Source of the DNA: Candidatus Altimarinota bacterium
Lineage (GTDB): Bacteria; Patescibacteriota; Gracilibacteria; Peribacterales; Peribacteraceae
Direction of reading: 5' to 3'
Assembly: GCA_963694385.1 (NCBI GenBank)
Contig: CAVOCY010000001.1
Span: 2,186 to 66,185 of the forward strand
DNA length: 64,000 bases
The translations under genes were made by a program, and so were the position numbers. Below, piece after piece: positions 18,509 through 25,253 of the stretch; the stretch's first letter is position 1; every line of letters starts with the position of its first letter. The notes under the pieces are model-generated. The model made no database searches. It saw only the letters and a program-made list of their open reading frames with translations, and was not told the origin of the DNA.

Positions 18509-19369
18509 ATGAAGAAGACTTCGAAGAAAGAAATGCGAATCGAGAACAAACAGTTCCGAGCAAAGGTCAAGGAAGGCAAGCTGCTCGGGTACTGGGTCAA
18601 CCAGAAGGACTGTGCCGAAAAGATCGGCATACCCCGAAGTACATTTGGAGGATATGCGGCGGGTTTTATTCATGGAGAAAACGTCTTATTGGCAATTGCA
18701 GCAATGCAAAAGCTAATCGACGCAGCTCCACCGCCAAGTATTCCTCCGGCCTCGACAGAACATCCACTTCAAGACCTCCTTCAACGAGGAAAAGACGCGG
18801 GTCTCTGGAAGGCTATCTCGTCCTGTGCGAATGTTCTAAAGAAAGATAGAGACACTATCTCTCGCTACCTCGACATGGAAAAAGAAGGCACTGTCGACGA
18901 TAGTACTATGCGCGAACGGGCTTACTACGCAAAACTCCTCGCAGCAATGCGAAGAAAATTGAGTAAAGGCTCGGCTGCACCACCAGGTGACCTGCCACCG
19001 GAGCGAGGACACCCCTCAGCTCCTGATGGTGTCGTCGCATCTCCGTATTACGACCGGCTCCTTGCCGGCGTTGCGGAGTTCGAGGACCAGAACCTCGGTG
19101 GTGTGCGTTTCGTTCTGACACAAAGAAACTTCAAGAGACTGAAAGGTGTCGTGACGAAACAGGAAGTAGCAGATACCAAGCTTCTCATCGAAGAATTGCG
19201 TCGCAGGTTAAACCTTGTGGCACAAAATAGCGATGAAGAGGTGCGGGCTCTGTGCTACCGCGAACTAGGGCAAGAGCTGGAAGCGCTCTTGAACGCTGCA
19301 GAAATCGTTCAGGAAGTAATTCCAACTGCAGCAGTTGCACGCTTGGAAAAACTTCGAAAAAGTCTCTAA
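18509..19369 (+). CDS. HTH-containing protein (about 286 aa)
   Basis: The start at ATG 18509 (AAAGGA 10 nt upstream) is chosen because the promoter lies downstream of the ORF-track start. The HTH-like segment is VNQKDCAEKIGIPRSTFGGYAAG. The composition is GC-rich. Confidence 0.6.
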   Translation: MKKTSKKEMRIENKQFRAKVKEGKLLGYWVNQKDCAEKIGIPRSTFGGYAAGFIHGENVLLAIAAMQKLIDAAPPPSIPPASTEHPLQDLLQRGKDAGLWKAISSCANVLKKDRDTISRYLDMEKEGTVDDSTMRERAYYAKLLAAMRRKLSKGSAAPPGDLPPERGHPSAPDGVVASPYYDRLLAGVAEFEDQNLGGVRFVLTQRNFKRLKGVVTKQEVADTKLLIEELRRRLNLVAQNSDEEVRALCYRELGQELEALLNAAEIVQEVIPTAAVARLEKLRKSL

Positions 19370-19403
19370 CATTTCTTTTCTCAAATCAGAAAGCTGAAAA
19401 ACC

Positions 19404-21521
19404 ATGGCCAAGAAACAACAAGCTGACAAAAGCGTAAGTGTCGCTCCTGTCATCAACCGCGAACGGGCGTTCCGTTCGGTCTGTCCAAAGTATCGTCCGA
19501 CTCTCACCAGAGTGGTCGAAGCCCTGAGGGAACTCGTGACCAATGGCGAAGATGAGGGTGCGGATGACATCCGTATCTTCATCGAAAAATCGAAGAAGGA
19601 ATTTCGAATCCATGACAATGGTCGTGGATTCGGCGCACGGCAGAAAAAGGGGTTCTTCTGGCTCTTTGAGTCAGAAAAGACGGACCGAAGCGGCAAGAAG
19701 AAACCCACAGGACAACATGGAACAGGGCGACTGCAGACTCTGCGATTTGCAGACTGCATCACTCCGTGTTCCTCCTCGCATGAGGATGCGGGGTTCTACA
19801 AAACGTCTCTCAGCAGAGCTGACGCGCAAGCGATCTGGGAAGGAGACACGACGGCTCGAAAATGGACACCATGTTCCAAGCCGAGTCATTGGCATCTTCC
19901 GCCAAAAGCGCATGGGTCTGTCGTCGACATCACTGTTTCAGATGAGCATTGGAAAGGAATGCCGTCAGTGAAACAGATCATCGATGAATTGGGGAAGCAC
20001 CTCTCACCGCGACTTGAACGGCAAGTCACGGTGAACGGCAAAAACCTCAAACCGAGGGCAGTCGCAAAAAGTTTCACGCAGAGTTTTGATCGAGCTGCGC
20101 TCGAAGAAGAACTCGGCGCGGAAGCAGCTGCGGCGCTCGGCGATTGTCTCGTCGATCTGTACATGCCCGAGAAGTTAGAGAGGGGCAACGACGACATTAA
20201 GTTGGGGGGAGCAAAGAATACAATTTGCTCTCTGTGGGATTTCCTGATGAGTCTGCCCGAAACAGACTTGCAGGATGCCCTCCCTTCGTTGCTGACCTCC
20301 CGAAGTCATCTCTTCGGATACGTCTTCATAGAAGGTCTCAACGAGCACGCTGCCGAGGACCGAAAGACGCTGAAAGACAGCGTCTACGATGGCATGCACA
20401 AACATGTCATCAGGTTCCTGGCGGATGTGGTCGGACCTCTGATCGAAGAAGCCTACGCGAAGAAAGAGGCAGAAGAAGCGAGGTCAAAAAGAAAGAAAAG
20501 CCTCGTGGATTTCTGCAGAGAACTCAAGAAGGCCTTTGACCCTGGCAAGGGCACATTGGCCGACGAGGACTCTGAAGAAACCGTAGAAGACGGCCTCCCC
20601 TCTGGCACAGCGAAAGAGGAAGAGAAAGAAACGAAACGGCCCGCGATCAGTGTAAAGCCGGGATGGTTCCACGCCATCGCGGGAGAAACACAACCAATCG
20701 AGGTTACCTTCCATGAAGGCATCAAAGAGACAGACCTCGAGTGGGTGACGGATGGAGTTAGTGAATGTGGTGCAATTTCTAAGGAAACTGGAAAAAGCAC
20801 GATCTTCACCGCGCAGAAAGTTGGAAGCGGCACGCTGGTCGTTCGCAACAAGCAGGATCACGAGCAGTGTGCGGAAGTCCGCATCCAAGTGGTCGACGAG
20901 AAGAAGTTACAGATCTCGCCGCCGAACGTTCCCGTCGAGCAAGGAAGCACGCAACGCTTCCGCGCCCGAAACCACGAAAGCACGAGTGGGAACATCGGAT
21001 GGAAGTTGGTCACGAAAACGCGTGGAATTCGCCTCTCCAACACGAAGGGGTTGGGAACAACCCTCACCGTCGCGGACGAGGCGAAACTCGGTGTCTACGA
21101 AATCGAATGTTGGGATGTGGACAACGACACCATTCAATGCACGGGAAGATTCGAAGTCGTGCCTGCCGACACTCCCAGCTTCGTGCTGAACGGCAAGACG
21201 TACTACCCCCGCGTGTCAACGGTGCCGCAACCGGAGCCTGTCATCTTGCAACAGGATTGCCTCTTCATGAAAGGAAAGAAGAAAGGCAAGGCTGGCAAGG
21301 TCGAAATCGATTTCGATCACGCAGACTTCAAGAACCTCCTCGCACTTGGCGGGGAAGACGAAGCAACAAGGATGATGATGTTCGAATCGATCATCATCCT
21401 GCATTTGGACAAAGAACTGGCAGCCGGGAACCTCCTCTCCGCCTCGGAGATGACAACCCGGTTCCACGAACTGCGTTCAAAATTCCTTGCAGACCGTGTT
21501 GCTGCAGGGAAAAAGAAGTGA
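19404..21521 (+). CDS. GHKL (Bergerat-fold) ATPase fused to two Ig-like (Big_2-type) domains
   Basis: 705 aa. The N-box E43-LVT-N47-GE-D50, the G1 box D71-NGRGF and the G2 box G103-QHGTG occur in canonical order and spacing. Residues ~414-497 and ~502-586 resemble Big_2 repeats (ISVKPG..AGETQPIEV...WVTDG...FTAQKVGSGTLVV). I see no signal peptide. Confidence 0.7.
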   Translation: MAKKQQADKSVSVAPVINRERAFRSVCPKYRPTLTRVVEALRELVTNGEDEGADDIRIFIEKSKKEFRIHDNGRGFGARQKKGFFWLFESEKTDRSGKKKPTGQHGTGRLQTLRFADCITPCSSSHEDAGFYKTSLSRADAQAIWEGDTTARKWTPCSKPSHWHLPPKAHGSVVDITVSDEHWKGMPSVKQIIDELGKHLSPRLERQVTVNGKNLKPRAVAKSFTQSFDRAALEEELGAEAAAALGDCLVDLYMPEKLERGNDDIKLGGAKNTICSLWDFLMSLPETDLQDALPSLLTSRSHLFGYVFIEGLNEHAAEDRKTLKDSVYDGMHKHVIRFLADVVGPLIEEAYAKKEAEEARSKRKKSLVDFCRELKKAFDPGKGTLADEDSEETVEDGLPSGTAKEEEKETKRPAISVKPGWFHAIAGETQPIEVTFHEGIKETDLEWVTDGVSECGAISKETGKSTIFTAQKVGSGTLVVRNKQDHEQCAEVRIQVVDEKKLQISPPNVPVEQGSTQRFRARNHESTSGNIGWKLVTKTRGIRLSNTKGLGTTLTVADEAKLGVYEIECWDVDNDTIQCTGRFEVVPADTPSFVLNGKTYYPRVSTVPQPEPVILQQDCLFMKGKKKGKAGKVEIDFDHADFKNLLALGGEDEATRMMMFESIIILHLDKELAAGNLLSASEMTTRFHELRSKFLADRVAAGKKK

Positions 21522-21540
21522 GCTGACAAGTAGAGACCCA

Positions 21541-21575
21541 CTCTCCTGGCACATTTGTGTTCAGGAGAGTTTTTT
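21541..21575 (+). terminator. Rho-independent terminator after the GHKL gene
   Basis: Stem CTCTCCTG / CAGGAGAG with a 13-nt loop, followed by TTTTTT. Confidence 0.8.
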
Positions 21576-22016
21576 AGCGTGCCTGAGTAACGTTTTAGTT
21601 CTTACACTGCTCTGATAAGTTGATCAGACTTTTGTTAAGTAGGTTGGGCTAAATGTTAACTTTGCTTACTGGTAGTTCCACCGTACAAACACACGTTTTG
21701 CACTGAGATAAATACCTCACGCAAGCTCTCTTCTTGGACAGTCTACCCCTAGGTCTCTACCATAAGTTCTGTTCTAGATGATTCGTTCTGAATCGGTTAC
21801 GTTTCTTCTCAATCAGCGTTCCCAGGGAGGTTAAATCATGTAGATCTGCGGATCTACGTTGCAACCACCCACCTAACTTACAGGGGACAGGCGTAATCGG
21901 ACGACGATCACCTGGAGATTAGTACACGGATCTAACCTCGCTCAACTGCGGATCACTGCAAGAGTGGGGTTTTTCTTATTCCGCTTCGCAGGATTTTTAT
22001 ATAGGATTACTATCCA

Positions 22017-23126
22017 ATGAAGAATCTCGAAGATCGCCTGACGGCAGCTAACACTCTTCTAGCCCCCTACGCTGTCCCTCACCAGGGAACACTAGGAAGA
22101 AAGGTAAAAGAAGCCCCTGACAGCACGAGGGGCCCATTTGTGCGTGATAGAGATCGTATCGTCTATGCAAAGGAAATGCGGCGTCTTATGGGAAAAACAC
22201 AGGTATTTGTCTCTGGAGAAGGAGACCACAACCGCACAAGACTTACACACACAGCAGAAGTCGTCATTATTAGCCGTAATATTGCACGAGCATTGGGTCT
22301 TAATGAAGATTTGGTGGAATGCATCGCTCTTGCGCATGACTTGGGACATCCTCCTTTTGGTCACTCTGGAGAAGCTGCTCTAAACGCTTGGATGAAAGAC
22401 CATCAATCTTCTTTTGAGCACAACAAGCAATCTCTACGTATCGTCGAGGTTCTTGCTCATCACCCTCCTCTGGCACAAGGGCTCAACCCCAACCGAGAAG
22501 TGTTAGAAGGAATGATGAAACACCGCACACCACATGATAACCCAGAAGATTCCATACCCCGCAATCCTTCTTTAGAAGCACTCGTTGTCAATATCGCAGA
22601 TGAGATCGCCTATACCGGTCACGATGTTGATGATGGACTACGTGAGAACATTCTTACGATGAAAGATCTCAGCCAAGTGGAATTGATTCAATACGCACAA
22701 GCACGAAAAACCCACGCCTCTCTTAATAGCGCCATCGTTGATGCGCTGGTAACAGATCTCTACGCAGAAACCGAGAAACAAATCGACGCGCAGAACATCA
22801 AAACACTTGATGACGTGTATGAGCGATCGGATAACCCTGTGCGATTTTCTACTGATATGCGCAAAAAACTAGATGAGCTTCGCAATTACCTAATGCTAAA
22901 TATGTACTTACATCCGGATGTATTACAAAGAACAGAACATGGAAAACGTATTGTTATCGCATTGTGTGACCACTTCCATAGCACCCCAAATAAACAGGTG
23001 ATGACATTGCAAAAAGCAAATGGCGGTAACCTTGCAGAAGCTGTAAAAGATCACATTGCCGGTATGACCGACGACTATGCTACGGCTACTTTCGAAGCTC
23101 TACCCCCGCAGCAGGAAGATGCTTAA
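22017..23126 (+). CDS. dgt: dGTP triphosphohydrolase-like HD-domain protein
   Basis: 369 aa with RTRLTHTAEV....IALAHDLGHPPFGHSGE and the C-terminal IAGMTDDYA motif. Confidence 0.85.
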   Translation: MKNLEDRLTAANTLLAPYAVPHQGTLGRKVKEAPDSTRGPFVRDRDRIVYAKEMRRLMGKTQVFVSGEGDHNRTRLTHTAEVVIISRNIARALGLNEDLVECIALAHDLGHPPFGHSGEAALNAWMKDHQSSFEHNKQSLRIVEVLAHHPPLAQGLNPNREVLEGMMKHRTPHDNPEDSIPRNPSLEALVVNIADEIAYTGHDVDDGLRENILTMKDLSQVELIQYAQARKTHASLNSAIVDALVTDLYAETEKQIDAQNIKTLDDVYERSDNPVRFSTDMRKKLDELRNYLMLNMYLHPDVLQRTEHGKRIVIALCDHFHSTPNKQVMTLQKANGGNLAEAVKDHIAGMTDDYATATFEALPPQQEDA

Positions 23127-23964
23127 GCGGATTGATATGACCCGCTCCTGTGATAAGTTCGAAGTGTAGATGTGGACCAGTAGAGAGATTACCCGCACCT
23201 GCAGTCCCCGGCATTCCTCCGCTAAGACCAATTGGGTCTCCTCGAAGTACTTGTTGTCCTTTTTCAACATGCAATTCACTGAGATGACCATACAACGTGA
23301 CGTACCCTGCATGCCGCACGGTAATAAAGTTATACCCAAGACCATTGTCGACAACCTCTTCTACTACACCGTCTTCGGCCACAGTCACTGCTGTACTTTG
23401 GATGGCTGGGATATCAATCGCATTATGCTCCATACCAAAGTACCGCTTGTACTCCGGATCTTGGAAGATAGCAGAGATTCCATACGTAGGTTCAACCGGC
23501 CAGCGAATGGTAATAATAGGGTCACTATCACTGAGTGTTGCTGCTGCAAGCCCTGCACGGTTGGCATCCCACATTTCTTTAAACGACTGCACCATCTTGT
23601 CATCAGCTCTGCGCTTTCCTTCTATCAGATCTACGATGAGGCGAAGTCCCTCACGAAATTCTTCGTTAAGTTCTTCACTAAGGTCAGGACCCATAAATTT
23701 GCGCTCTTCTTCTAGAACATTAAGCTGATACTTAAGAATCTCGATGTGTCGCTCGGCAATTTCACTCTCCAGCCTCGCCCTACGTACCTCGTCCTCTGCG
23801 GTGTGAATCGCTATTTGCTGTGGCTCTTCTCCTCCTTGTCCATCAAGTACCTGTGCAGATTGACCACTACTCATCACTGATGAAAGACCAAAAATAGACA
23901 CCCCTACAATCACCAGAAGAGAAAACGGCCGACTAATTTCGATGTGGACAGGCATTGTTGCCAT
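23086..23964 (-). CDS. M23 peptidase with N-terminal anchor and coiled coil (EnvC-like)
   Basis: 292 aa with VRHAGYVTLYGH ... GPHLHFEL. Its 3' end overlaps the dgt 3' end by 41 nt. Confidence 0.8.
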   Translation of the reverse strand: MATMPVHIEISRPFSLLVIVGVSIFGLSSVMSSGQSAQVLDGQGGEEPQQIAIHTAEDEVRRARLESEIAERHIEILKYQLNVLEEERKFMGPDLSEELNEEFREGLRLIVDLIEGKRRADDKMVQSFKEMWDANRAGLAAATLSDSDPIITIRWPVEPTYGISAIFQDPEYKRYFGMEHNAIDIPAIQSTAVTVAEDGVVEEVVDNGLGYNFITVRHAGYVTLYGHLSELHVEKGQQVLRGDPIGLSGGMPGTAGAGNLSTGPHLHFELITGAGHINPLKHLPAAGVELRK

Positions 23965-24048
23965 CTATTGTACCATAGGACATACCTAAAGAATGCAGTG
24001 ACTATGCATTCCCCAATACGCGTCAAACATCTATAATAGTAGAGGTAA

Positions 24049-24126
24049 AGGCGCGTAGCTCAGTTGGTTTAGAGCATCGGTCTCCAAAACCGGGGGTCGT
24101 AGGTTCGAATCCTACCGCGCCTGCCA
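24049..24126 (+). tRNA. trnW: tRNA-Trp (anticodon CCA), CCA end encoded
   Basis: The cloverleaf was folded by hand: acceptor AGGCGCG/CGCGCCT, D stem GCTC/GAGC, anticodon loop CTCCAAA, T arm GTAGG-TTCGAAT-CCTAC. TATAAT lies at 24032-24037. Confidence 0.9.
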
Positions 24127-24145
24127 ATCTCTTACCCCTATTCAA

Positions 24146-24286
24146 ATGACTCACTATATCTGTACCGGTACCTGCAAAGGACAAACCGATGATCCAAGCG
24201 TTGGAACCTGCCAAGCAGAAACGTGTGACAAGCACGGTGAACCTCTGACAACCTGTGAATGCGAAGACGGTAATCACGGAGCGTAA
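24146..24286 (+). CDS. Unannotated 46-aa Cys/His-rich acidic mini-protein (putative metal-binding)
   Basis: It is below the ORF-track cutoff. Translation: MTHYICTGTCKGQTDDPSVGTCQAETCDKHGEPLTTCECEDGNHGA, with 6 Cys including a CxxxC and a CxC pair. It starts 20 nt after the tRNA-Trp and has no obvious SD. Confidence 0.45.
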   Translation: MTHYICTGTCKGQTDDPSVGTCQAETCDKHGEPLTTCECEDGNHGA

Positions 24287-24287
24287 T

Positions 24288-25199
24288 TTACGCACAATGT
24301 TCATGGCTTTTCTCCCAGTCAGAAAAGCCTTTTTTACCAACCTTCCACCTGCCACGTTCTCGGAAGGCAGGGAGAGATTGTTTTTTTGCAGCGTTGGAAA
24401 TCACCTGTGCAGAATGCTTTGGATGGTCAGCGCCGGCGTCACTTACAAATACAATGTCATCCCCTTCGAGATACGCGATACGTTTATGGAAACTCTCTTT
24501 AAGATGCAAAGCAAAAATCAATTCAAATGGCTTTGTGTCACCCTTTCCATCGTATGCCTGTAATGCTGCGTAGTAGTCTTTCTTCTCTTTATTTCTGATG
24601 ATTACCGGAGGGTAACCAATCGTCTTTAATTGAAAATTAAGCAGCGCTCTACCCACACGACCATTCCCATCAAGGAAAGGGTGAATGTGTTCGAATGCGA
24701 GATGAAACAAAATAATTCTATCAAGAATATGCTCCGACTCATCGGCAAAGTCCGCCATCAAATTATCCATAAGACTAGGAAGTTTTTCAGGAGCTGGTGC
24801 TATATGTTTACCAACACGAACGTACTCTTTGGTCCTACGAAAGCATCCTGCAAAATCATCATTAATGTGACTGAGCAGTGTGCCATGCACTAGTAAGATC
24901 ATATCGTTTGAGAGTGATTCATCCTTCTCCAGCTTCGCATTAAGGTACTCGTTTACCTTCCCGAGATTGATCGCTTCGAAGACTTCTCTTTGACTGCTAT
25001 TTGGTGGAAGAGTTTGATGCTCAAGGATTTGCTCGGTTTCGTCTAAGGTAAGCGTAGAATTCTCAATCGCATTAGAGTTAAATACGAGCTCTGGAAGCTC
25101 CGCTTCCTCCAAAAGGGTAAGGAGGGACTCTTTGCCAATTTTACCCTCATCAAAGCGCTTTTGGAGCTCTTCTATGTTGTTTAGTGTAGTTTTGTGCAT
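24288..25199 (-). CDS. Fic-domain protein (AMPylase family) with an N-terminal auto-inhibitory motif
   Basis: 303 aa. The Fic motif HPFLDGNGRVGR lies at aa 172-183. The motif S42-NAI-E46-N47 matches the (S/T)xxxE(G/N) inhibitory helix. Confidence 0.85.
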   Translation of the reverse strand: MHKTTLNNIEELQKRFDEGKIGKESLLTLLEEAELPELVFNSNAIENSTLTLDETEQILEHQTLPPNSSQREVFEAINLGKVNEYLNAKLEKDESLSNDMILLVHGTLLSHINDDFAGCFRRTKEYVRVGKHIAPAPEKLPSLMDNLMADFADESEHILDRIILFHLAFEHIHPFLDGNGRVGRALLNFQLKTIGYPPVIIRNKEKKDYYAALQAYDGKGDTKPFELIFALHLKESFHKRIAYLEGDDIVFVSDAGADHPKHSAQVISNAAKKQSLPAFRERGRWKVGKKGFSDWEKSHEHCA

Positions 25200-25253
25200 T
25201 TAATAGGTGAAAATATGTCTTTATACTATCTTATTCACCTATAAAAGTCAACC

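Noticed and set aside
19265-21541. Many 70-220-aa ORFs in alternative frames (e.g. 20867-21526 +, 20453-20851 -, 20484-20888 -, 19265-19762 -)
   Set aside because: They all overlap the 705-aa GHKL ORF, which carries ordered catalytic motifs. Their translations are R/S/G/P-rich low-complexity sequence, typical of off-frame reading of GC-rich DNA.
13572-22016. Integrase, att direct repeats or a tRNA fragment delimiting the accessory block
   Set aside because: I compared 13560-13651 and 17264-17426 with 21576-22016 by eye. Only trivial matches were found (e.g. CACCTGG...CACGG, TATATAAGGA/TATATAGGA). No recombinase gene is present, so mobility remains unproven.
24023-24355. 110-aa minus-strand ORF in the track
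   Set aside because: It runs antisense straight through the tRNA-Trp gene and the mini-ORF. The tRNA fold is unambiguous, so this ORF is spurious.
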